Positions 24,600 through 35,966 are shown, counted from the whole stretch's first letter. The stretch is 63,560 bases of DNA, filler included, from Octopus bimaculoides (GCF_001194135.2; 4 parts of 4 records of this genome joined end to end with filler, not necessarily neighbours in it), one strand, 5' to 3'. Numbers and translations are program-made. The notes: generated from the sequence alone by a model not told the origin.

Positions 24600-25374
24600 C
24601 TGCAATAACAGTAAAATTGACGATGACAGTAACAAGAAGAAGACACCTCCGAACAATAATTACAACAACAACCGCAGAAACAATATGAAAAAAACATGAA
24701 CCAAATAATAAGAAGAAGAACAACAACAACAACTATTAGAGTAACAATTAGCGACACCTACAACAGCCAAGAAAGACAACTGCAACAATAACAATTCCAC
24801 TAAGAGCAATCATAAGATAAAGAGCAACAGTAAGATGTGTTTCGGTAACAACAACAACAACAAGAATAACAACAATAATAAGTGCGATAGCAAGAAATGT
24901 AGTAACAACAATATCCTGAATAGTAAAGAAGACGGGTGGGGTAGGGTGGGGGTANNNNNNNNNNNNNNNNNNNNNNNNNNNNNNNNNNNNNNNNNNNNNN
25001 NNNNNNNNNNNNNNNNNNNNNNNNNNNNNNNNNNNNNNNNNNNNNNNNNNNNNNNNNNNNNNNNNNNNNNNNNNNNNNNNNNNNNNNNNNNNNNNNNNNN
25101 NNNNNNNNNNNNNNNNNNNNNNNNNNNNNNNNNNNNNNNNNNNNNNNNNNNNNNNNNNNNNNNNNNNNNNNNNNNNNNNNNNNNNNNNNNNNNNNNNNNN
25201 NNNNNNNNNNNNNNNNNGCCTAAAGCACTGAGAGGACGGATGGGAAAAAATGAAGGAAGAGGAGCGGGAGGAGGAGGTGGGAGAGGAGGGGGAAGAAGAA
25301 GAAGAAAAAGAAGAAAAAGAAAAAGAAAAAGAAGAACAACAACAACAAAGAAAAAGACTAACAAGAAGAAGGAT

Positions 25375-25405
<31 letters not shown>

Positions 25406-25610
25406 AAAGTGAAGAAGAAATTTAACGAGATGAAAAAGAACAACAACAACGACAGTAACAACAACAACAACAATAACAGCAATATCAGCAGCAACAACAA
25501 CAGCAGCAGCAGCAGCAGTAGGTACGAGAATAATTCAAGAGAATAAGAATGCAAAAGTAGAAAGAAAAAGAAGAAGAAAGAAATAAAGAAAGAGAAGAGA
25601 AGAGAAGAGA
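23598..25610. repeat. Mosaic (GTT)/(CAT)/(GCT)/(AAC)/(GAA)/(CAG)n tract
   Basis: Visible triplet periodicity with strand switches. Confidence 0.9.
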
Positions 25611-25790
25611 GAAGTGTGTTGGCTCATTTGCATACGATCGTCTTCAATTGAATGGGTTGTATTGAGTTGAAAAAGGATGTGTTTGGAGATGCAGCTTTGT
25701 CTAATGGTTAACGGCGCATGTAGTGGAAAGTACTTCTGCAGCCACCCACATCACCCAAGACTATCACCTGATATCCTGATATCAACATCA

Positions 25791-25826
<36 letters not shown>

Positions 25827-25880
25827 ACCTACCCACATCTCTCTTTCTCTCTCTATCTTTCTCTTTATACATATAATATA

Positions 25881-25916
<36 letters not shown>

Positions 25917-26197
25917 TGTATAATTGCAATCTCGCCGTCATTTTCCCACTATCTCTTTCCCTATATATCTATATATACATATGTGTATATTATATATTAA
26001 TCTCTGTATTTCTCTGAATCTGTCTGTCTGTCTGCCTGTGTGTGTGTCTCTCTCTTTCTCTCTCCCTCTTTCTATCTCTCTCTCTATTTCTCTCTCTCTT
26101 TCTTTCTCTCTCTTTCTCTATTCTTCAGTCATTGTCACGCTCTATATATATGGCTTTAGATTTCTCTAAGCACCCATGTTACCTCTGCTCATATATC

Positions 26198-26257
<60 letters not shown>

Positions 26258-27039
26258 CTATGTGTGTCTGTTTACCTGTTAATCTATCAACGTATATCCC
26301 TCCCACTATCACTCACTCTCTTCTTTGTCCCAACCTCTCTATTCCCTTTCTCGCCCACTTCCCTTTTCTCTCTCACCTTATCTACCTACCCCCCACACTA
26401 CACAACACACACACACACACACATACACACTCACTACCAATCTATTATAATGGAAATTATCAAACAAATTGAAATGTTGTGTTCAATCATGTTTATTCTA
26501 CACTATAGCTAGATTGCAACTCTCCGCCATCGCTCTCCTCCTACCACCCTCTATCTCGGACTGTGTCAGTCTGTCAGTCAGTCTGTCTTTCACTCTCTTT
26601 ATGATCAAACGTGTTTATTCTACACTGTGAGATAGCAACATACATTCGCACACGTACTCCCTTTCTCTCTCTCCTTATCTTTCTTCTTCTCTATCCTTCT
26701 GTCTCTGCAATGTTCTTTCATATNNNNNNNNNNNNNNNNNNNNNNNNNNNNNNNNNNNNNNNNNNNNNNNNNNNNNNNNNNNNNNNNNNNNNNNNNNNNN
26801 NNNNNNNNNNNNNNNNNNNNNNNNNNNNNNNNNNNNNNNNNNNNNNNNNNNNNNNNNNNNNNNNNNNNNNNNNNNNNNNNNNNNNNNNNNTATATATATA
26901 TACATATATATATATATATACACACACACATATATATGTATATATATATATTCTTTTATCATTTTATGTGTATATGTGTGTATACAAAGGTGAAATAGCA
27001 ACACATTCACTTTCGCTTCTATTCTCGTTCATTGTCGCC

Positions 27040-27093
<54 letters not shown>

Positions 27094-27339
27094 TGCCTGA
27101 GTGTATATGTGTTTTGTGTGAGTGTCTATATGTATATATATATGTGTGTATGTATATCTATCTATCTATCTGTCTGTCTGTCTGGTTGTTTGTCTGTCTG
27201 CAGGCTGAAGTTGACCATTGTGTGTTTCCTTTTTTCAGAAACAGCTTAATGTATCGGTGAACAGCCAATGGACATTGAAGATCATAAATATTAAAGTTTT
27301 AGTTGAGAAAAATTAGCTGACATGGTGGACCGAAAACCA

Positions 27340-27750
27340 TGTGAATACTGAAAAAGAGTTACCTGTGTCATGATGATTCGCGCCGACATCCTAACTGCTG
27401 CTCAATGCTCTGCGAACACTGTAACGGCTTTAAGACGTGACATGGACATCACGAAAATCAGGTTCCCCCAAACTATGGTGGTCTTTGGGTATGTCCTGTG
27501 AGAGTGACGTCAGGCCGATCCACGTCTTTGAACAGGGACTTAGGCTCAATTCAGATGGATATTTGAAGCTGCTGGAGAATATGGTCAGACCCTGAGTGGG
27601 TTGCTGCTGGAAGGTCATACGTTTGGCAGCATGGTTCACTTCCTTGCTATACTTCTGGAAAAATTCAGGAATGCTTGTTAGAGACATTCTACAACTTCGC
27701 CAACCCTCATATCTAGATTCTTAATTCCCCCTACTATAATTACAGGGGTA
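27340..27750 (+). mobile_element. maT/DD37D-type Tc1-mariner transposase remnant
   Basis: FPQTMVVFG..ESDVRPIHVFEQGLRLNSDGYLKLLENMVRP..VAAGRSYVWQH...CYTSGK...NSP. Confidence 0.7.
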
Positions 27751-27841
27751 GATTAATTCGTCTAAATATTTTTCAAGGCGGTGGTCCAGTATGACCACAG
27801 TAAAATACACACACACACACACGCACACACACGCACGCGCA

Positions 27842-27890
<49 letters not shown>

Positions 27891-28139
27891 GATGAAAACA
27901 TAAGTATACGAAATCTTACTTAAACCTGCTACTAAATTGCAACAAAGTATAAAACATGAAACCGGAAGTACTGCCATCTCTCTGTTAAAATCTCCGATTC
28001 TAATAGAGATATTGCTTTATACTGTACGACACACACACAAAAAAATAATAATAAAAAGCAACCGACATATGAACGCTGAAGTAGATTTCGCAAGGAACGA
28101 GTCCTCTGGGTAGACAAGATAGGAAGTTCATAGCCAGAC

Positions 28140-28450
28140 TGAAGCAATGATTGTTGTATTATCTCCGTCCGCTCATAAATATCGGGCGACGAAAGTTCAC
28201 CAAGTGGTACCATTGTAAAGCAAACTGCATGCTTTTTCAGAAATGGCATCCTTGTCGATCAAGTTTTCCCGCTTTGCTAAGTTTTCACTGGGACGCCTTT
28301 CTTACTCCTTCCTCCTTTAACTGTCCACTCGACGGCCATCAAACGAGTCTCAATTGATAAGAGCAGCTTCGTATGTTTACCTGTGGTACTGTTTTGCAGT
28401 TTACTCACACCAACTCTTCTCATAATTTCATCGTTTGTGTTGCGGTTACA
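28140..28450 (-). mobile_element. Old RTE-type LINE C-terminal remnant (different subfamily)
   Basis: ILSIT*CNRNTNDEIMRRVGVSKL...EWTVKGGRSKKGVPVKT*, resembling the IL.I.W.D..TN.E...W...GGR..GRP.KTW pattern. Confidence 0.5.
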
Positions 28451-28629
28451 CTAGGTGATGCTCAGGATATTTCTAAGGCAATAATTATTAATGATTAAAT
28501 ATAAAAAGTGAATAACTTTTAATTCGTTATAAAAATGCTAATTTAATACATGAAATCCACAGTAAAGTCCAATAAAATTTTGTTGTTAGACATGCACAAT
28601 TTTCCGTACTTTTACACACACTAACATAC

Positions 28630-28692
<63 letters not shown>

Positions 28693-29174
28693 CCCTCCTT
28701 AGGCACACACACACAAACACACACCACATTTTAACGTTATTTCTACAGATATTCAATAGAAATTAGAGCCAGTATTGGTTTGTTACGACGTTTCATATAC
28801 GAATACGTCCATGTAAACAATGCTATCGAAGACAGAAAAGTAAGTAATGGGTGTATTTGCATATTTCAGAAGTTCTTGCTCATTCTTCAGCACCACATCC
28901 AACCTATTAACCATCCACAAACGTATTGCTTAAATAAACACTAAATATTGCAGTGTAACAGAATAACAGAATTTGATTTACCAATTTTACTTAACAAACA
29001 TATTCCTTTCAACTCATACGTATATATTAATTGCTGATAGAGATACTGTATTTCGTTATGCAATCATAATATACTAACACACGCGCACACACACACACAC
29101 ATATGTATGTATGCATGTATGTATCTAGACACACACACACACACACATACACACGCACACATGTACATACACAA

Positions 29175-29225
<51 letters not shown>

Positions 29226-29390
29226 TATAAGAAGGGATAACAATTAGATGGACATCCAATATGCTAGAAAGAGGTCATCAACGACCCATGNNNNNNNNNN
29301 NNNNNNNNNNNNNNNNNNNNNNNNNNNNNNNNNNTTAATTAATTAANNNNNNNNNNNNNNNNNNNNNNNNNNNNNNNNNNNNNNNNNNNN

Positions 29391-31464
29391 GAGATGCCAC
29401 TACGAAAGATTGCTCAATAAAGAGAATGAATGGGAGAATGAGAGTCTGCCGAATGTCGAGCCAACAGAGGGACCAGCTATCCGAATTGACAGTACCATGG
29501 TAGATAAAGCAATTAAGACTATGAAGACAGGGAAAGCCCCCGGCCCATCAGGAATCACTGCAGAGATGCTCAAAATATCTGGCACTGTCAGTTTAGATGA
29601 GATGCAGTTTGGGTTCGTGCCAGGGAAAAGCACCACTGATGCTATATTTCTGGTAAGACAGCTGCAGAAACACCTAGCCAATGATAAACCTCTGTACCTG
29701 GCTTTTGTTGACATGGAGAAAGCCTTTGATAGGGTCCCCCGATTCATTATCTGGTGGCCAATAAAGAAACTAGGGATAGAAGAATGGTTAGTGAGAGCTG
29801 TACGAGCCATGTACAGAGATGCTGTCAGTAAGGTGAGGGTTAGCAATGAGTACAGTGAAGAATTCCGGGTAGAGGTAGGGGTCCACCAAGGTTGTCCTCA
29901 GGCCCCTCCTATTTATCATAGTCCTCCCGGCGATAACAGAGGAATTCAAGACAGGATGCCCCTGGGAGCTCGTCTCTGCTGATGACCTTGCACTAATTGC
30001 TGAGTCACTATCAGAACTAGAGGAGAAGTTTCAGGTGTGGAAGCAGGGACTAGAATCGAAGGGCCTTAGAGTCAACCTAGCAAAAACCAAGTCCTAATAA
30101 GTAGGAAGGTAGACAAAACACAAACCCCTTCAGGCAGATGGCTCTGCTCGATCTGTAGAAAAGGTGTAGGTAGAAACTCTATAACATGTATCCAGTGCAA
30201 GCTATGGACACATAAGAGGTGCAGCAATATCAAAGGCAGGTTAACTAGGAAGTTAGTTTTTGTATGTAGCAGATGTTCAGGAGCTATAAACACTGTAAAT
30301 GTGCAGAAAACAACTTCTGCCACATTCCAAGGAGAAAAACTAGATGTAGTTGATAGCTTCCGCTATCTAGGTGACCAAGTTAGTAGTGGGGGAGGGTGCG
30401 CTGAAAGTGTAGCTGCTAGAATAAGAATAGCCTGGGCAAAGTTCAGAGAGCTTACCTCTGCTGGCGACAAAAGGCCTCTCACTCAGAGTAAAAGGCACAC
30501 TGTATGACGCATGTGTACAAACAGCCATGCTACATGGCAGTGAAACATGGGCCGTGACCGCTGAGGACATGCGTAAACTCGCAAAAATGAAGCCAGTATG
30601 CTCCGATGGATGTGTAATGTCAGTGTGCATACTCAACAGAGAGTAAGTATCTTGAGAGCAAAGTTGAACCTAAGAGGCATCAGTTGTGGTGTGCAAGAGA
30701 GACGATTGCGCTGGTATGGACGAGGATAGCTGTGTGAAAAAGTGACACAGCCTAGCGGTTGAGGGAACCTGTAGAAGAGGTAGACTCAGGAAGACCTGGG
30801 ATGAGGTGGTGAAGCACGACCATCGAACATTAGGCCTCACCGAGGCAATGACTAATGACCGAGACCTTTGGAAATATGCTGTGCGTGAGAAGACCCGGCA
30901 AGCCAAGTATGACCAAAATCCAAGGCCTCTGCCAGGGATGTAGCCAGCCCACTTACGCATAACATTCCTTCATTGCAAAGACCTGTTGAGGCAAGTCAAA
31001 TTGAAATCGAACTAAATTTGTAGACTGGCACCGTCATTGAACACTAAATTCGGCTTGCAAAGACCAGTTGGGGCAAGTGAAAGCACCTGTACCAGTGCAG
31101 CACTAAGAGCACCAGCTGTCTGGCTTCCGTGCCGATGGCATGTAAATAGCACCATTTGAGCATGATTGTTACCAACGTCGCCTTCCTAGCACTTGTGCCA
31201 GTGGCCTGTGAAAAGTCATTCAAGCGAGACCGTTGCCAGTGCCAGTGGCATGTAAAATACACCATTTTGAGCGTGGCTGTTGCCAGTACCACCTCACTGG
31301 CCTTCAGGAGTGGATGGCGTTAGGAAGGGCATCCAGCTGTAGAAACTCTGCCAAATCAGATTGGAGCCTTGTGTAGCCACCTGGTCCACCAGTCCTCAGT
31401 CAAATCGTCCAACCCATGCTAGCAGGGAAAGCAGACGTTAAACGATGATGATGATGATGATGAT
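29391..31464 (+). mobile_element. RTE-clade LINE: frameshifted RT, internal deletion, PHD-like insert, 3' UTR ending in (GAT)n
   Basis: KAPGPSGITAEMLK, EMQFGFVPGKSTTDAIF, FVDMEKAFDRVP, GVHQG, ADDL, FRYLGDQVSSGGGC. The segment normally between ISG and LDEMQFGF is missing. (GAT)n tail at 31443-31464. Confidence 0.9.
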
Positions 31465-31567
31465 GTTATGATGGATGATATTTTTCATTAAATGATTTTT
31501 GATGTTGATACAGCAATTCTTCAGTATGATTAGATACCTGTTTAATTGTAATTTTTGAGAGAATGAT

Positions 31568-32356
31568 TCAGCACATATCAAAGTGGTATAGTTTCCTTCC
31601 TTTATGAATACGTTTATGTTTCGTTAGGTTACATCCCTTGGAAAATGATTTACCACAGATATCACAATGATATGGCTTCTCACCTGTGTGAATACGTTTG
31701 TGACTAGTTAAATTACTACTTTTAGAAAATGATTTATCACAAATATCACAGTGATATGGTTTCTCTCCTGTATGAATATGTCTGTGTTCAGTTAAGTTGC
31801 TTACTTTTGAGAATGATTTCCCACAGATATCACATGGATATGGTTTCTCTCCTGTATGAATTCGTTTGTGATTAGTCAAGTTATCACTTTTGGAGAACGA
31901 TTTGCCACAGTCGTCACACTGATATGGCTTCACTCCAGTATGAATGCGGGTGTGTGTAGCCAAGTCACCAACTTTTGAGAATGATTTACCACAGATAGCA
32001 CAGTGATATGGTCTCTCTCCTGTATGAATATGTTTGTGTTCAGTTAAATTACTTCCCTTAGAAAATGATTTATAACAGATATCGCATTGATATGGCTTCT
32101 CCCCTGTGTGAATTCGTTTGTGACTAGATAAATTATTACTTTTCGAGAATGATTTACCACAGACGTCACAATCATATGGTTTCTCTCCTGTGTGAATCCG
32201 TCTGTGAGTTGTGAGGTTCCCCCTACGAGAGAATGACTTTTTACAGATATCACAGTGGTATGTTTTTCCTGTATCTTTTGGACGCACATCTGTAAAATCA
32301 ATCCTTTGAGACTGGATATTCCATTCTGCAGTGTTCCCACACATTTCATTCATCAT
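31568..32356 (-). CDS. Poly-C2H2 zinc-finger protein (ZNF-1): 262 aa, 8 fingers, 32-aa leader, single coding exon
   Basis: Open ORF with eight CxxC-x12-H-x3-H fingers and TGEKP-type linkers. Minus-strand splice acceptor (ttttttgttatttcag|aata) at 32476/32475, 119 nt upstream of the ATG. Confidence 0.93.
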   Translation of the reverse strand: MMNEMCGNTAEWNIQSQRIDFTDVRPKDTGKTYHCDICKKSFSRRGNLTTHRRIHTGEKPYDCDVCGKSFSKSNNLSSHKRIHTGEKPYQCDICYKSFSKGSNLTEHKHIHTGERPYHCAICGKSFSKVGDLATHTRIHTGVKPYQCDDCGKSFSKSDNLTNHKRIHTGEKPYPCDICGKSFSKVSNLTEHRHIHTGEKPYHCDICDKSFSKSSNLTSHKRIHTGEKPYHCDICGKSFSKGCNLTKHKRIHKGRKLYHFDMC

Positions 32357-32629
32357 GATTTTTCTTTTCTTACCACAATATTTGGATGGTTTTCTAATTT
32401 CTGTTTTTATTTGTTCTGGTTATTTCAAACTGTAATCTTAGTATCTGGAGATGCTTCAATGTAATCCAAGATATTCTGAAATAACAAAAAAATATAATAT
32501 ACAATAGCAAATAGATATTAATATACTATAGCAGAAATTTTACATTTCTATAACAATAAACTATAGATATAAACTTTTATCTGAACAATTTACTTTATAA
32601 TTTGTCATTAACCCATTGGTATTCAAGTT

Positions 32630-33016
32630 ACTCTGTCCAGGAAGACGCGAGAAGAAATGGTGAGAAAGGATCTTTGTATGTTGGGCCTTATTGAAGAAAT
32701 GACATGGGACTGGGAGATGTAAGTTGCTGAACTTGATAAGACACGTCAAGCTAAATAAAATCTGTCTTCCACACATACAAGCTTGTCTTTTCAGGTATTG
32801 GTGCCACTTAAAAAAGCACTTGTGTCAATGTTGCATAGTGCATCCATACCTGTGGCACATAAAAAAACACCGAGAACACTCTGTAAAGTGGTTGGCATTA
32901 GGGAGGGCATCCTGCCATAGAAACCATGCCACAACAGAGAATTGGAGTCTGGACAGCTCCCTGTCAAACCGTCCAACCCATGCCAGCATGAAGACCAGAC
33001 GTTAAACAATGATGAT
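32630..33016 (+). mobile_element. RTE LINE 3' end (ORF tail plus 3' UTR), 5'-truncated
   Basis: Aligns to 46900-47265 and to the tail of 29391-31464; ends ccaacccatgccagcatg...gttaaacaatgatgatga. Confidence 0.7.
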
Positions 33017-33194
33017 GAATGTAAAGCTTATTTATTCACATAGTTTTTGAATTAATCACGCATTATCTCAAAGCTTCAAGATTATGATGATGGGTCTGTT
33101 TATTTTTTGAATAACATTGTAGGGTAGGTGCAAAAGGCCAGATCGGGGAAAATCAAACATTGTTTCAGGCAGATCCAGCTGGTTTCCTAACCTA

Positions 33195-33660
33195 GGATGA
33201 ATTTTGCTTCATCACTTTGAGCTACATACAAAGAGACGGTCTCCTCACCTGCTCCAAAGAAGATCAAAGTCATTTCATTTGCAGGGAATGTGATGGCCTC
33301 AGTTTTTTAGGATGCAAAAGGCACTGTGTTTATTGACTATCTTCAAACGGGACACACCATCAATTGAGAGTACTATGCCAATTTTCTGAGGCAGTTACAA
33401 AAGGCTATCAAGACCAAACAGCCAGGAAAACTGCTGAAAGGGGTCTTGTCTCATGAGGACAGTGCTCCAGCATGCAAGTCCTTGCTTTCAATGGCTGCTG
33501 TAAGTGGTTGTGGCTTTGAACTGGTTGATCACCCTCCCTATTCTGATTTGGATCTGTCTGACTATCATCTGTTTCCCAACATGAAAAATCACATGGCTGG
33601 GAACCAGTATTGGAGTGATGGTGATGTATATCTACTGTTGATGACATTTTTGACAAACAG
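33195..33660 (+). mobile_element. Mariner (DD34D) transposase fragment
   Basis: SPAPKKIKV..AGNVMASVF*DAKG, IDYLQTGHTIN*EYYA, HEDSAPA, HPPYSDLDLSDYHLFPNMK. Confidence 0.85.
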
Positions 33661-33892
33661 GGGTCTAGTTCATTGATGATCTAAACCAATAGGTACACTG
33701 TGTAAGTGCTATAATTGGTCATCCGTTAGGTTCCAAGCTCACAGCTGAGGCTGGAGGTAGGGATTTGTAGTAGGCTTCCAAGTTAGCAGGTATATATTAA
33801 AGGAAAACAATACCAAGGTAGGATGAGTATCTCAGGTCATTTAAAATATTTAATTAGAGTAAGGTAAATTAAAAAAAGTAAAAGTAATTAAT

Positions 33893-33968
33893 GTCGTACA
33901 GCTGTTTCAGGGATATCCCAGGTAATGGCTCAATACTCCATACACTGGGTATTCCGTAATTCATAGAC
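33893..33968 (-). ncRNA. Degenerate hammerhead motif, same family (left arm of the foldback)
   Basis: Minus strand: GTCT-ATGAATTA-CGGAATACCCAG...CTGGGATATCCCT-GAAAC-AGCT-GTA-CGAC. The core is damaged. Confidence 0.55.
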
Positions 33969-34409
33969 AAAGTGTGTATGCAGGAAAGTTCCAGGCAGAG
34001 AATTCACAGCAGATAGAAAAATGAAGTTCACAGTTCATCTTGTTTCAGAGGGTATGAAAGTTTGTCCATATTTCCATGAAGGTATAACCTCAGGTAAATC
34101 CAGTCAATATTTTGAGTGAGGCATTCAAGTTGAAGGAAATAGATCAAGTAGTTAGCTTGTAAGAAAAATGATCCACAAGGGAATATAATGTGAGATGTGG
34201 ATCATTTTTCTTACAAGCTAACTACTTCCTTCAATTTCAATACCTCACTCATAATATTGCCTGGATTTACCTGAGATTATATTTAAGGGGCGATACCTTC
34301 ACGGAAATATGGACAAACTTTCATACCCTCTGGAACAAGATGAACTGTGAACTTTATTCTTCTATCTGCTGTGAATTCTCTGTCTGGAACTTTCCTGCAT
34401 ACACACCTA

Positions 34410-34485
34410 GTCCCCGATGACAGTGTACCCAGTATATGGGGGTGTTGACCCATTACTTGGGATATCCCAGAAACAGCTGTAAGAC
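34410..34485 (+). ncRNA. Type I hammerhead-ribozyme motif in a dispersed ~385-bp repeat
   Basis: GTCC-CCGATGA-[stem II with CCCAG/TTGGG and ATGGG/CCCAT]-GAAAC-AGCT-GTA-AGAC. The three-copy consensus gives GTCT/AGAC stem I and a CTGATGA core. Stem III is palindromic (ACAGCTGT). Confidence 0.65.
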
Positions 34486-34925
34486 ATTAATTACTTGTAT
34501 TTCTTTTGATTCATCTTACTCTAATTAAATATCATAAATGACCTGAGATGCTCATCCCGCTTTGGTTTCGTTTTCCTTTAATATGTCTACAGTAATCCCT
34601 CGTCATATCACGGTTTATTATTTAAGCTTACGTTGATTCTTCAAGGGTGTTGTTTTGCATTTATGCTAAAATAAATATATACAAATTATAAAAATAATTT
34701 TAAAAATATATACAGTACAGTTACTACTTCGTGGATTTTCACCTATCATGAGGGGTTTTGAAATGTAACACCTGCAGTAGTCGAGGGATTGGTGTGTGTG
34801 TATATATATATATATATATAAAGAATTTTTATCCATCAATGCAGTGTTGAACACTCATTCTAATTGTTATATATATATATATATGTAGTGAAACTAACAC
34901 CTCGATCGCCATTGTATACAAAGAA

Positions 34926-35091
34926 GCCATCTTCTCTCGCTGTTATAAATATAATCAAGTTCGGGCGTAGTAGAAAACATCTCTTTCCTTGTCATCACGT
35001 GACTGATTATTATTTGAAGCGGCAACTGCTTTGTACCGTTCCCGCCAGAACGCAAACTGACCAATCACAGCCCGTAATAAGGTCACGTGAT
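34926..35091. promoter_or_regulatory. Second promoter-like motif cluster (possible alternative ZNF-1 promoter)
   Basis: GCCATCTT (YY1-like AAGATGGC on minus, 34926-34933); ATCACGTGAC (34994-35003) and GTCACGTGAT (35082-35091) E-boxes in inverted orientation; TGACCAATCA CCAAT box between them (CCAAT at 35061-35065). Confidence 0.45.
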
Positions 35092-35126
35092 AGTGTTTTT
35101 CTAATGCTTTCCTGGAGCCCCTAATT

Positions 35127-35833
35127 TGTTATAAATAGCCTAAATTATACCCGCCTAATCGTCTCGGTTCAGATCTCTTAGAGACCTGTTCCGTGTACCA
35201 CACACAGCAGCAGCAGCTAGCGACAACAAGCACAGCTTCGTACGACTACCAGAAGCAACACGACTCTACGACTACTACCAACATCGCCGCCAGTCAACAC
35301 AACACTACGACTACCACCATCATCAACACCACTTCAACTACGAACTACAAGATTCGCCACCAGCATCGCCAACATGACTTATACGTACACCAGCTAACTT
35401 CTAACTCTGTTTGTGCGATTCACCTTCGCCACGATAGACAACAGACAAGAACCTAGCCTGCGACGAACAACTGTATACAAGAACCCGGCTTGGCATGGAA
35501 GTCCTAACATCACAACGAGTGATCGATCTGCCCCACACGCTTCAACTTCTTACATACAGACTGTTCCTATTGTGTACTCTAAGAACTGGCAAATTCGTAT
35601 GTGTTACTGACTTTTTTTATATCTGCTGTATCTCACGCATACACATACATGCATCACTTACACACACTCTTTTCTTTACACAACGGCCTGTCTTTTATAA
35701 TGTCGCATTCACACACACACAGACATACATTTTAATGCAACAATAAATTCTACTGTTATTCATCTCCATCGGTTGTGTTCTATCTTGTATCTTACTGGCA
35801 TTTACGAATTCACTACGTTATCGAAGTATAACA
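35127..35833 (+). mobile_element. Probable solo LTR (707 bp)
   Basis: Starts TGTTATA and ends TATAACA (TG...CA, 7-bp inverted termini); flanks taatt / tattt (4/5 TSD); AATAAA at 35742-35747. Confidence 0.6.
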
Positions 35834-35966
35834 TATTTACATATCATTTGATATATTTTTGTGTTCGACCGTGTGACGTGTTTAATAAAAGGAGCCCTGT
35901 TTTACCATTCGTCACCATTTCTCCTTTTGGGTTCGCACAGTCGTTCTTACATATATATCTACACGT

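Larger units (their letters stand above)
33794..34584. repeat. ~790-bp inverted repeat (two ~385-bp copies) with an 18-nt loop
   Basis: Arms 33794-34177 and 34196-34584. The innermost 32 bp (AAGTAGTTAGCTTGTAAGAAAAATGATCCACA) are a perfect inverted match. Confidence 0.92.

Noticed and set aside
29335-29346. TTAATTAATTAA islands centred in N runs (also 50525-50536 and 61074-61085)
   Set aside because: Identical palindromic all-frame-stop spacer between similar N pads; a scaffolding artefact, not biology.
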